Positions 1-9,253 of a stretch of DNA of 64,000 nucleotides are shown here, piece by piece. Numbering within the stretch: position 1 is the first letter of the stretch; each line of letters starts with the position of its first letter. Under the pieces are notes generated by a model. The model searched no databases and was not told the origin of the DNA. It saw only the letters and a list, made by a program, of their open reading frames with translations. Source of the stretch: a bacterium HR10 (GTDB lineage Bacteria > Acidobacteriota > Blastocatellia > HR10); assembly GCA_002923315.1 (NCBI GenBank), contig BEHM01000009.1, positions 6,571 through 70,570 on the forward strand, read 5' to 3'. A program made the translations under genes and the position numbers.

Positions 1-110
1 AGCACTTCTTTCGCAAGCATGGGCCGGGAGCTTACTATGGACAGCCCGGGTCTTCCTCCGCGCGCGCGTCTTGAGGGGTCACCCTCCCGCTGAGGTTTCG
101 GTCAGCGCGT

Positions 111-150
111 CCTTAACCCTATCCCAAGGCCTTAAGATCGTTCAAGACAA
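111..150 (+). promoter_or_regulatory. conserved roughly 40-nt upstream element, copy 1 (ACCCTA-TCC ... CCTTAAGATCGTTCAAGACAA), about 67 nt before the first TBDR start
   Basis: Near-identical core to 4141..4184 at the equivalent distance from the paralogous gene. Followed by the -10-like TATAGG at 165-170. Confidence 0.45.
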
Positions 151-216
151 CGCCGTCGAGTTGGTATAGGGTGCTCCCGCATCAGGAGGTGAGACCAAAC
201 GAGGGAGGATCGAACG

Positions 217-3200
217 ATGATGGTGAGGTCTTTCACCTGGCTCGTCTCCCGCATCATTCTCGTGGGGATCGCCGTATGGGGATCCGGTGGACCACTGGCG
301 TTCGCACAACTGCGGATCGTCGGGGCGATCTCCGGGACTGTCGAGGACCCCACCGGCGCTGTTGTTCCCAACGCGAAAGTGATCTTGAAGGACACGAAGA
401 CGGGGTTGACGAAAGAGACCGTCTCGAGTCCTCATGGGACATTCCTCTTTCCCGATCTGGCGAGCGGTGTCTATGAGATCACGGTGACTGCGCCCGGATT
501 CCAGACGGCTGTCATCTCGAATGTCTCCGTCTCCACAAGTCAGACGACGGATGTGCGCGTCAAGTTGGAGGTCGGTCAGATGACAGAGACCGTCACCGTC
601 GTGGGGCCGTCCGAGGGATTAGAGACGTCGTCTCAGCTCGTGGTGAGCACGATCGCGAAAGAGACGATCACCAAGCTGCCATTGGCCAATCGCAGTAACG
701 TCTTGGCCCTCGCTCGACTCGCTCCGGGAGCGGCTCCGGCTACGGGAGGCAGTACGCGCTACAACAATTTGGCGGGCGGTGCTCTGAACGTCACGGTTGA
801 TGGCATCAACAATGCGTCTAACGGCTTCAAAAGTGGTGGCACGGTTTTCTTCATGACCGTTCCGGTGCGTTTGGGGGCCGTCGAGGAGGTCTCCATCGAA
901 ACCGGTGGGCTCGGCGCGGATTCTGGAGCCCAGAGTGGCACGAACATCAAGTTCACGACCCGGCGGGGGGGCAGCGAGTACCACGGCAGCCTCTTTTATG
1001 AGCCTCGGAGCGAGAAGTTCAATGCCAATACCTGGGCGCGAAATGCTCAGGGTTTGCCGCGCCTGCGCTCGCGCTCGCATGACTATGGCGGGAATTTCGG
1101 AGGCCCTCTTTTGCCTTTCGGTCCCTTCAAGAGGAAGATGTTCTTCTTCGTCAACTTCGAACGTCGGTTTCAACCTCTGCGCGTGGCCCGTACGGTCGCC
1201 GTGCTGACGCCCGAGGCCCAGCGGGGAATTTACACATACGTGGTCGCCGGCACGACCAATCAGGTGAGGACGGTCAATGTCCTGGAGCTGGCGGCGGCGA
1301 AGGGCTTGCCGACGAAGCCGGATCGCGTGACGCAGGCGATCCTCGCACTGCACAATCAGGTCCCCAAGTATGCCACCCCAGTCCCGGATAATGATCTCAA
1401 CCGCGATACCTACGCGTGGGACGAGGAGAATAATCTGTATCAGTACTTCCCCACCGTCCGATTCGATTATCACATCACGCCGAAGCAGCAGTTCATCTTC
1501 ACATGGAATTATTACCACAGTTGGCAACCAGGACAGCGACGCTTGCCCGTACCGGGGTTGAGCCGGACCAATCCGTTTCGCTTGGGATATTTCATCTACT
1601 CCATGGCGTTGCAATCCACCTTCTCCCCTCGGACATTCAATGAATTTCGCTACGGGGTACAGCACAGCGGGGACACAAATACTCGGGCGGAATATGGCCT
1701 CTACTATCAATTCGACGGGACCCCGCTGCGCATCGGCACCACGTTGCCCTTCAATGTCGTTGTCCCCTTCATTGATCAGCAGAACGTGACGGGGCGCCAT
1801 TTCATCACGACGGTCTACGACACGCTGACGCTGACGCGTGGGGAGCACACCCTGACGTTAGGGGGGAGCTTCCGAAAGACCGTGTGGAACGATACGGCCG
1901 AGGTCTTCCCGCTCCCCACGTACGCGACGGGCACGCCGTCTGGGGATCCGCTGCAAGCCTCAACAGCCTTCACGACGGCGACGATCCCGGGGATCAACCC
2001 CACTCAATTGGGCGAGCCTCTGGCGCTTTATAACCTCTTGACCGGTCGTGTCGCTGCGGCGAATTTCGTGCGCGTGGTCAATCCGGACACGTTCCGATAC
2101 GACGGGTTCATCAATTTCACCTGGACGAACTCGCTCATGGGCGGTGTCTACGTGCAAGACCGGTGGCGGGTCACGCGGAGCTTGACCGTGAACTACGGAT
2201 TGCGCTGGGAGATTCAGGGCCCTATGAAGGACGGCAAGGGGATCACGGCCGTTCCCGATTTGGCGAGCATCTTCGGGCCCTCGCGGCGCTTGTTCGCCCC
2301 GGGCGAATTGAGCGGGAATAACAATCCGACGCTGCATGTGGGTCGAATCCCGTATCGGACCGATTGGCGTAATCTCGCGCCGAACTTCGGGTTCGCATGG
2401 AATCCCTCTCGGCTCGGTGGATGGTTGGGCAAGTTCTTCGGAGAAGGAAAGACAGTGATTCGCGCCTCGTATGGGATCATCTACTACGACGAGGGCACGC
2501 AGTTCTTCGCCGCGAACCTCGGTCCCAACGTCGGGAAATTCGTCAGCGCTATCCCGCTCATCCCGGGGCAGCCGGGGAAGACGGCGCTGCCCGCCTTTTA
2601 CACGCTCTCGGACATCGTCGCCAATCCACTCACGCTCTCGTCGTTCGATTTCCCCACGACCGAGTACAAGCGGGTCATCAATCAAGCGGATCAAACGTTC
2701 GCGCGCACTATCAACGGCTTTGATCCCACATTGCGCGCTCCGTATACGATCAATTGGAATTTCGGTATCCAACGCGAGTTGTGGCGAAACTCCGTATTGG
2801 AGATTCGATATGTGGGGAATCAATCGAAGCTCTCCTGGCGCACGAGCAATTTGAACGAGGTGAACATCTTCGAGAACGGGTTCCTGGCGGAGTTCTTGAA
2901 TGCGCAGCGGAATCTCGCGATCAATCAGGCGGCCGGAGTGAACAGCTTCCAATATCGAGGGCTTCCCGGACAAGTCCCGCTGCCCATCTTCGATGCCGCT
3001 TTCGGTGCGCGCGGGGGAGTGCCGCCGATCGCGCCTGGCTCTGGGTATCAATCGCCGACCTTCATCACTCAGTTGCAGACGGGAGCCGTCGGCGCTCTGG
3101 CCACGACGCTGGCGACGAATCCCAACTATGTGTGCCGGATGTTCGGCAGCGCCTTCAGCCCCTGTTTGCGGATTGATCCACGCTACAACGTCCCCGGACC

Positions 3201-4077
3201 GTATCCGATCAATTTCTTCCTCCTGAACCCATATGTCGCCGGTCGCCTGAACTATGTGGACGATACGGGATGGCACAGCTACAACGGGCTTCAGATCCAG
3301 CTCCGGCAGCGTCTCACGCATGGCCTGACCTGGACGACGAATTACACCTGGAGCAAGAGCATGACGAACCTCGCCGTGGACAACCAGAACCAGAGCCTCG
3401 ACTTCACCACGCTGCGGAACATTCGCTTGGACAAGCGGGTTTCTCCGTTCGACCTGCGTCATGTCATCCAATCGTTCGGGACATATGATCTGCCGATCGG
3501 GAGAGGGCGGTGGGTAGACCTCAACAATCGCGTACTCAACGGCGTGTTCGGAGGATGGACCTTGGGTTCGATCTTCGTATTCCAAACGGGAGCGCCCATT
3601 CAACTGACTGGCGGATTTCAGACGGTCAACAACACGAACAATCCGGCCGCGAGCGGTGTCCGACTCGCTCCCGGGGTCACGCTCAAGCAGATTCAGGAGA
3701 TGTTCAAGGCCCCGTTGAGACGTCTGACCGGTCGAGCCGGCGTGACCGATTTGCAACGGCTCGCCGTGGATCCCCGGCTGATTGGCCCCGATGGTCGGGC
3801 CAACCCGCAGTTCCTGCTCCCCAATACGACTCCCGGAGAGTTCGGGCAGTTGATCTTTCTGCGCGACCGGAATACGTTCCAGTGGGACGTCTCGCTCACG
3901 AAAACTATCCCGCTGGCCGAGCGCACGCACTTGGAGCTCTATGCGGCATTCAACAACGTCCTGAACCATCCGAGGTGGGGATTCCCTAACGCCAACGTCT
4001 TCAGCACGACGTTTGGCGTCGTCGGGGCTCCGACGGGGAACCGCACCATCAACCTGCGAGCCACGCTCAGCTTTTAG
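217..4077 (+). CDS. TonB-dependent-receptor-like outer-membrane protein with N-terminal carboxypeptidase-regulatory-like (CarboxypepD_reg) domain
   Basis: Long ORF with ATG at 217/220 and GAGGGAGGA 8-16 nt upstream. Signal-like N-terminus, then 'GTVEDPTGAVVPNAKVILKDTKTG...GTFLFPDLASGVYEITVTAPGF' (Ig-like CarboxypepD_reg signature). About 1100-aa plug/barrel-length body ending '...NLRATLSF'; a terminal Phe is typical of OM beta-barrels. Confidence 0.85.
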   Translation: MMVRSFTWLVSRIILVGIAVWGSGGPLAFAQLRIVGAISGTVEDPTGAVVPNAKVILKDTKTGLTKETVSSPHGTFLFPDLASGVYEITVTAPGFQTAVISNVSVSTSQTTDVRVKLEVGQMTETVTVVGPSEGLETSSQLVVSTIAKETITKLPLANRSNVLALARLAPGAAPATGGSTRYNNLAGGALNVTVDGINNASNGFKSGGTVFFMTVPVRLGAVEEVSIETGGLGADSGAQSGTNIKFTTRRGGSEYHGSLFYEPRSEKFNANTWARNAQGLPRLRSRSHDYGGNFGGPLLPFGPFKRKMFFFVNFERRFQPLRVARTVAVLTPEAQRGIYTYVVAGTTNQVRTVNVLELAAAKGLPTKPDRVTQAILALHNQVPKYATPVPDNDLNRDTYAWDEENNLYQYFPTVRFDYHITPKQQFIFTWNYYHSWQPGQRRLPVPGLSRTNPFRLGYFIYSMALQSTFSPRTFNEFRYGVQHSGDTNTRAEYGLYYQFDGTPLRIGTTLPFNVVVPFIDQQNVTGRHFITTVYDTLTLTRGEHTLTLGGSFRKTVWNDTAEVFPLPTYATGTPSGDPLQASTAFTTATIPGINPTQLGEPLALYNLLTGRVAAANFVRVVNPDTFRYDGFINFTWTNSLMGGVYVQDRWRVTRSLTVNYGLRWEIQGPMKDGKGITAVPDLASIFGPSRRLFAPGELSGNNNPTLHVGRIPYRTDWRNLAPNFGFAWNPSRLGGWLGKFFGEGKTVIRASYGIIYYDEGTQFFAANLGPNVGKFVSAIPLIPGQPGKTALPAFYTLSDIVANPLTLSSFDFPTTEYKRVINQADQTFARTINGFDPTLRAPYTINWNFGIQRELWRNSVLEIRYVGNQSKLSWRTSNLNEVNIFENGFLAEFLNAQRNLAINQAAGVNSFQYRGLPGQVPLPIFDAAFGARGGVPPIAPGSGYQSPTFITQLQTGAVGALATTLATNPNYVCRMFGSAFSPCLRIDPRYNVPGPYPINFFLLNPYVAGRLNYVDDTGWHSYNGLQIQLRQRLTHGLTWTTNYTWSKSMTNLAVDNQNQSLDFTTLRNIRLDKRVSPFDLRHVIQSFGTYDLPIGRGRWVDLNNRVLNGVFGGWTLGSIFVFQTGAPIQLTGGFQTVNNTNNPAASGVRLAPGVTLKQIQEMFKAPLRRLTGRAGVTDLQRLAVDPRLIGPDGRANPQFLLPNTTPGEFGQLIFLRDRNTFQWDVSLTKTIPLAERTHLELYAAFNNVLNHPRWGFPNANVFSTTFGVVGAPTGNRTINLRATLSF

Positions 4078-4088
4078 CCCTGAGGACT

Positions 4089-4124
4089 GGAGGTCCGGTC
4101 CTCCGGCGAAGGAGGCCGGGCCTC
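4089..4124 (+). terminator. two short GC hairpins after the first TBDR gene
   Basis: GGAGG-tccggt-CCTCC (4089-4104) and GAGGC-cgg-GCCTC (4112-4124). No U-tract. Confidence 0.35.
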
Positions 4125-4140
4125 ATTGATCCCGCAGGGC

Positions 4141-4184
4141 CTCACCCTAATCCTGTTCAATGACCCTAAGAGCGTTCAAGACAA
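4141..4184 (+). promoter_or_regulatory. conserved upstream element, copy 2 (CACCCTAATCC ... CCCTAAGAGCGTTCAAGACAA), about 73 nt before the second TBDR start
   Basis: The 11-nt GTTCAAGACAA is identical to 140-150, with flanking similarity. Followed by CATAGT at 4202-4207. Confidence 0.45.
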
Positions 4185-4256
4185 TCAGCTCGCGGGCGCG
4201 GCATAGTGGTGAGGGGTCAGCGTATGGGAATGCCAAGCCAACAAGGAGGTCGCAAG

Positions 4257-7200
4257 ATGCGGACGTCACTGAGATGTGCCTTCGCCATAGGCGTCATTGT
4301 CCTTCTATTTGGGAATGTGATGCCAGGGAGCGTTCGCGCCCAACAGCAACTGGGGACCATTCAGGGGACGATCGTTGATCCCACGGGGGCCTTAGTTCCG
4401 GGTGCGACCGTGACGGCGACGAACAAAGATACCGGAGAGACGCGAACGGTTCTCTCCAATGAGAGCGGATTCTACCGGATCGTGAACCTTCCCCCGGGGC
4501 GCTATGACGTAACGGTGGAGGCCAAGGGATTCCGAAGGGCCGTGCGCACCGATGTCGTCCTGTTCGTCGGCGCGACCCTGGGCGTGAATTTCGAGCTGGA
4601 GCCAGGCGTATTGGAGGAAGTCATCGAGGTGACGGCGGGACTGGCGCAGCTTCAGACGGAGAAGGCGGATGTCTCGGCCGTCGTCGAGCGGAAGAAGATC
4701 GTGGATCTGCCGCTTCAGCTTCGAAATGTCTTCCAACTGGCCGCGCTGCAGCCGGGGATCACGGGATTGGCGACGGGCGCCGACTTCCTGACGCCGGAAT
4801 ACGGGATCGGCATCAACGCGAACGGTCAGCGGGGATCCGGAAATAACGCCTCGCTCGATGGAGCCAGCATCAATGGGAATCCCTGGGGGGGGACGGTGCT
4901 CATGATCCCCAATGTCGAGTCGGTGCAGGAGTTCCAGGTGATCACCAACAACCCCTCGGCCGAGTATGGGCGGAATTCGGGCGCCATCATCAGCATCGTC
5001 ACCAAGTCGGGCACCAACGAGTTCCATGGGTCGGTCTTCTTCTTCCACCGCAACGACAACCTTCGCGCTCTGAACATCTTCGCGCGCGGCGCGCTCCGCC
5101 GAGATGCGACCAAGGAGGAGCGACAGCGCGTCGCCCCTGAATTCCGGCGGAACGATTTCGGCTACAGCCTCGGAGGTCCGATCCGTCGGGATAAGACGTT
5201 CTTCTTCACCTCATATGAGGGACTTCGGGCGGCGACCGGTCAAGCGTTCGTGACGACGGTGGAGACGAAGGAGTTCGTGGACTTCGTCCTGCGGACACGT
5301 CCTAATTCGATCGCGGCGTATCTGTTGAAGAACTTCCCGCCGTTGGCGTATCCGACGACCGGTTTGCGCGACTTGGGGAGTCCGGTCCCCGGAGCCACGC
5401 AGATCGGTCCTCCCGATGGGATCCCGGATGTCGGGAGCGTCACCGTCGCTCCCTCTGGCGTGCGCAATGGCGATCAGTTCAACATTCGGATTGACCATCT
5501 CCTCTTCGGGGGCAACGGGCGACTGCGCGGCACGTACTACCGGACGAAGCTCGATCCTGTGGACGTCGCGGTGCGACCGAAGTTCCGACAACCCTTCCCG
5601 CATCGGAACCAGTTCCTCAATCTCGCCTACACGCACATCATCTCTCCACGTACGGTGAATGAATTCAGCTTCGGGTACCTGCGCATGCACGGTCGCGCGC
5701 CGGATTTGAATCCGGAGTCGCCGACGATCACGATCTCCGGATTGGGCGCCGGATTCGGCACCGCGTTCTGGATGCCGATTCGCTTCGCGCAGAACGTCTT
5801 CGAGTACAAAGACACGCTCACGATGAACCGGGGGAATCATGGATTGAAGACAGGCTTCGAGATTCGTCGCGTGCAGGACAATCACGACTTCCATCACTGG
5901 GAGCGGCCGAACTATACGTTCAACAGCATCCTGAACTTCGCCAACGATGAGCCCTTGACCGAGCTGCGCGCCGTGGATCCTATGACGGGATTGGCGACGG
6001 GGATCTCGGCGGGCTATCGCAACTTCGAGTTCGCCGCGTTCATCCAGGATGATTGGAAAGTGCGGCGGAACTTCACGCTGAACATCGGGTTGCGATACGA
6101 GAACTTCGGCACGCCGAGCAAAGTCGGGTGGAAGTTCCAGAACATCATCTATGCGCCGGGGCGGAACGTCTTCGAGCGGATCGCCAATGCGCGCATGGCC
6201 TACGTGGATCAGCTCTTCAAGTCGGACAACAACAACTTCGCGCCGCGCTTCGGGTTCGCGTGGGACGTCTCCGGGAGAGGGAAGCTCGTGATTCGAGGCG
6301 GGACTGGGATCTCCTATAACCGGCTCAACAACACCATCTACACCGATGAGAAGATGAATCCGCCACGATTCGCCGCGGCCTCGACGGATGTGCGCACGCC
6401 GGGAGCTCCCCCGATCGTGTATACGCTGGGGCCGAAGTATCCACCCAATCCGGCGCTCGCGCGCGGTTTGGACGAGCGCGGGGGCATTCGCGGCACACGG
6501 GTGAACTTGAGGGTCGTGGATCCCAACATCACGACGCCGTACGCGCAGAACTGGTTCCTCGGCATCCAGCGCGAGTTGCCCGGTGGGCTGGTGGCGGAGA
6601 TCAACTACATCGGCTCGGTGGGGCGACACCTCCATACGGGCGACGGGCCGGGTGGCGAGAACTATAACCGCTTCGCCGGAGACCTGCTCGATGGCCGATT
6701 GGATCGGTTGAACCCGAGCTTCGGCAGCATCAGCCTGGGCGAGACGGCGGCCAGCTCCAGCTTCCATGGCGGGACCATTCAGGTGAGCCGGCGGTACAGT
6801 CAAGGCTTCGCGTTCCAAGCCGCCTTCACCTTCGGGAAGGCTTTGGAGACGCCGGGCGCGGCCATGGAGGTGACGCGGCGCGACTTGGATCGCTCGGTCA
6901 CCGGGTTCCATCGCGGGAAGAAGTTCTCGCTCAACCTCATCTGGGAGATCCCGTTCTGGCGGGAGCGTCCTGTGCTGCGGCACATCATCGGCGGGTGGCA
7001 GCTCAATGCGATCACGCAGATTCAATCGGGCGCGCCGTTCAGCGTTTTTCACGGAGCGCCATATCCCCGGGGTGACTTCAATGCGGATGGCCAGACGGGC
7101 GATCGGCCGAATACGCCGAGTTGGGGGAATACCAAACGCGATCTGAGCCGCAGCGATTTCTTGCGGGGGATCTTCACCGCCGCGGACTTCCCGTTGCCAG

Positions 7201-7454
7201 CTCCGGGGACCTTGGGGAACCTCGGGCGGAACACGTTCCGCGGTCCGTGGTATGCGAGCACGGATATCTCGCTCTTCAAGAACTTCCGGGTGACGGAGAC
7301 GGCGACGGTCCAATTCCGCGCCGAGTTCTTCAACGCCTTCAATCGTGTGAATCTGGGGACGCCCGTGGCGGATTTGAATAGCCCGCTCTTTGGGCGCTCC
7401 ACCGGTGCGGGAGATCCTCGCGACATCCAGCTTGCTTTGAAAGTCCTGTTCTGA
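4257..7454 (+). CDS. TonB-dependent-receptor-like outer-membrane protein with CarboxypepD_reg domain (paralogue of 217..4077)
   Basis: The ORF in the track starts at 4206, but ATG 4257 is preceded by AAGGAGG and gives signal peptide 'MRTSLRCAFAIGVIVLLFGNVMPGSVRA'. Contains 'GTIVDPTGALVPGATVTATNKDTGETRTV...GFYRIVNLPPGRYDVTVEAKGF' and ends '...LALKVLF'. Confidence 0.85.
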   Translation: MRTSLRCAFAIGVIVLLFGNVMPGSVRAQQQLGTIQGTIVDPTGALVPGATVTATNKDTGETRTVLSNESGFYRIVNLPPGRYDVTVEAKGFRRAVRTDVVLFVGATLGVNFELEPGVLEEVIEVTAGLAQLQTEKADVSAVVERKKIVDLPLQLRNVFQLAALQPGITGLATGADFLTPEYGIGINANGQRGSGNNASLDGASINGNPWGGTVLMIPNVESVQEFQVITNNPSAEYGRNSGAIISIVTKSGTNEFHGSVFFFHRNDNLRALNIFARGALRRDATKEERQRVAPEFRRNDFGYSLGGPIRRDKTFFFTSYEGLRAATGQAFVTTVETKEFVDFVLRTRPNSIAAYLLKNFPPLAYPTTGLRDLGSPVPGATQIGPPDGIPDVGSVTVAPSGVRNGDQFNIRIDHLLFGGNGRLRGTYYRTKLDPVDVAVRPKFRQPFPHRNQFLNLAYTHIISPRTVNEFSFGYLRMHGRAPDLNPESPTITISGLGAGFGTAFWMPIRFAQNVFEYKDTLTMNRGNHGLKTGFEIRRVQDNHDFHHWERPNYTFNSILNFANDEPLTELRAVDPMTGLATGISAGYRNFEFAAFIQDDWKVRRNFTLNIGLRYENFGTPSKVGWKFQNIIYAPGRNVFERIANARMAYVDQLFKSDNNNFAPRFGFAWDVSGRGKLVIRGGTGISYNRLNNTIYTDEKMNPPRFAAASTDVRTPGAPPIVYTLGPKYPPNPALARGLDERGGIRGTRVNLRVVDPNITTPYAQNWFLGIQRELPGGLVAEINYIGSVGRHLHTGDGPGGENYNRFAGDLLDGRLDRLNPSFGSISLGETAASSSFHGGTIQVSRRYSQGFAFQAAFTFGKALETPGAAMEVTRRDLDRSVTGFHRGKKFSLNLIWEIPFWRERPVLRHIIGGWQLNAITQIQSGAPFSVFHGAPYPRGDFNADGQTGDRPNTPSWGNTKRDLSRSDFLRGIFTAADFPLPAPGTLGNLGRNTFRGPWYASTDISLFKNFRVTETATVQFRAEFFNAFNRVNLGTPVADLNSPLFGRSTGAGDPRDIQLALKVLF

Positions 7455-7464
7455 CGCGCGGAGA

Positions 7465-7503
7465 GGAGCGGAGGAGACTTCTTCCGGGAGGTCTCCCCGC
7501 TCC
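7465..7503 (+). terminator. strong hairpin between the second TBDR gene and abfA
   Basis: GGAGCGGAGGAGAC ... GTCTCCCCGCTCC: a 13-bp stem with one bulge and a 12-nt loop. It ends one base before the abfA ATG and contains its GGAGG. Confidence 0.5.
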
Positions 7504-9189
7504 ATGTCTCTCTTCCACGAGCGGGCGATGGGACGAAGGGGGTATACGCGTCGCGCATTTCTCGGATCGGCGGTCACCGGGGCCGTGTTCGCGCTTCTGC
7601 GTCCTTCGCGTTTCGATCGGCACAGGGCGGCCTTGTGGGGGGCGCCGTCGGCGGTGGATTCCCGGATCGAGGTCCTGTTGAACGAGCCGATCGCTCGCAT
7701 TGCTCCGGAGATCTACGGGCACTTCATCGAGCACCTGGGCGGCGTGATTTATGATGGCGTTTGGGTCGGAGAGGACTCGCGGATTCCCAATATCGGAGGC
7801 ATTCGCAAGGCTCTGGTGGAGGCGATGCGCGAGATCAAGCCGGGCGTTGTGCGCTGGCCGGGTGGGTGCTTCGCCGATGCGTATGATTGGCGCGATGGGA
7901 TCGGGCCGCGCGAGAAGCGTCCGCGTCGAACGAACTTCTGGGTGGACAATCGCGAATGGCGGGATGTGGGCATCGTCCCGCAGAGATATGAGCCGAATCA
8001 CTTCGGCACGCACGAATTCATCCGCTTCTGCCGGTTGATCGGCGCCCAACCCTACATCGCGGCGAACGTGCGGACGCTACCGGCCAGCGTCTTCCACCAG
8101 TGGATCGAGTACTGCAACTCGCCGGCCGGCAGCACCACGTGGGCGGACGTGCGGGCCGCTCACGGAGATCGTGAGCCGTTCAACGTCCGCTACTGGGGCG
8201 TGGGCAACGAGTCATGGGGGTGCGGGGGGAACTTCACGCCGGAAGAATACGCAGCTGAATTTCGTCGCTTCACCACCTGGGCCGTGCCTGATTATGGTGT
8301 TGGGCTGCGCTTCATCGCCGCCGGGCCGAGTGGTCGGGACCTGGAGTGGACGCGCCGGTTCTTCGCGAAGATCGCTGAGCGCCGCGCCTTCGATCGGCTC
8401 TGGGGATGGGCGTTGCATCACTATTCGAGCTTCTCCGGAGGGGAAGCCATCAACTACGATGCCACGGGATGGTATGAGTTGCTGCAGAGCGCCGATCGCA
8501 TGGAATCGCTCATCACCGCTCATTGGCAGGTGATGGGGGAGATGGATCGCGAGCGTCGCGTCCGACTGGTCGTGGACGAATGGGGGGCGTGGTATCGCAT
8601 GACGACGAATATCCATCCGACGCATCTCTTCGGCCAGCAATCCACGATTCGAGATGCTGTGGTCGCGGGACTGACGTTGGACACATTCAATCGGCATGCG
8701 GACAAGGTCGGGATGGCGAACATCGCGCAGCTCATCAATTGCCTCCACTCGCTCTTTCTGGCGCACGAGGAGAAGTTCGTCCGAACGCCGACCTACTACG
8801 TCTTCGCCATGTACGCCGACCATCAGGAAGGACAAGCCGTGCGGGCGATCTTCTCCGCGCCGCGCGTGAGCTGGACCGATCGGGCGAATCGGCCGCAGTT
8901 CTTCTGGGGGCTCAATGGATCAGCTTCGGTGAAGGGGAATATCGTGACGCTCACGGTGACCAATCCCCATCTCTCGGAAGCGCGTGAGACCGAGATCCTC
9001 GTTCGGGGGGCGACGATCGCCTCCGCGCGCGCGACGATCCTGACGGCTCGGAGCATGCACGAGTGCAACACATTCGAGCAGCCGCAACTTGTCGTCCCGA
9101 GAGAAGAGGAGATCACCGTTCGAACCCCCGTCATGGTTTATGCGTTTCCTCCTGCCTCAGTCGTCAAGCTTCGCCTTGTACTCTCCTAG
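7504..9189 (+). CDS. abfA: alpha-L-arabinofuranosidase, glycoside hydrolase family 51
   Basis: GH51-type motifs 'IYGHFIEHLGGVIYDGVWVG', 'VRWPGGCFADAYDW' and 'YWGVGNESWGCGGNF'. Twin-arginine-like leader 'TRRAFLGSAVTGA'. Start could also be ATG 7528. Confidence 0.85.
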   Translation: MSLFHERAMGRRGYTRRAFLGSAVTGAVFALLRPSRFDRHRAALWGAPSAVDSRIEVLLNEPIARIAPEIYGHFIEHLGGVIYDGVWVGEDSRIPNIGGIRKALVEAMREIKPGVVRWPGGCFADAYDWRDGIGPREKRPRRTNFWVDNREWRDVGIVPQRYEPNHFGTHEFIRFCRLIGAQPYIAANVRTLPASVFHQWIEYCNSPAGSTTWADVRAAHGDREPFNVRYWGVGNESWGCGGNFTPEEYAAEFRRFTTWAVPDYGVGLRFIAAGPSGRDLEWTRRFFAKIAERRAFDRLWGWALHHYSSFSGGEAINYDATGWYELLQSADRMESLITAHWQVMGEMDRERRVRLVVDEWGAWYRMTTNIHPTHLFGQQSTIRDAVVAGLTLDTFNRHADKVGMANIAQLINCLHSLFLAHEEKFVRTPTYYVFAMYADHQEGQAVRAIFSAPRVSWTDRANRPQFFWGLNGSASVKGNIVTLTVTNPHLSEARETEILVRGATIASARATILTARSMHECNTFEQPQLVVPREEEITVRTPVMVYAFPPASVVKLRLVLS

Positions 9190-9253
9190 GGACGATGTCA
9201 TGAGCAAGTGCGCATTCGCTTGCTCGGCCTCAGGACTTCGGAGGGGGACTTCG

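Noticed and set aside
5211-7700. Very long antisense or alternative-frame ORFs throughout the window. Examples: 5211-7700 (829 aa), 1960-3969, 10841-12547, 23823-25871, 29534-31432, 36478-38667, 38195-39829, 48435-50432, 57759-59525 and 61936-63573.
   Set aside because: Each lies opposite or out of frame to a gene with clear family motifs. Their translations are Arg/Pro/Gly/His-rich low-complexity strings with no recognisable domains. High GC3 in the true frame suppresses stop codons on the opposite strand, so these are compositional artefacts.
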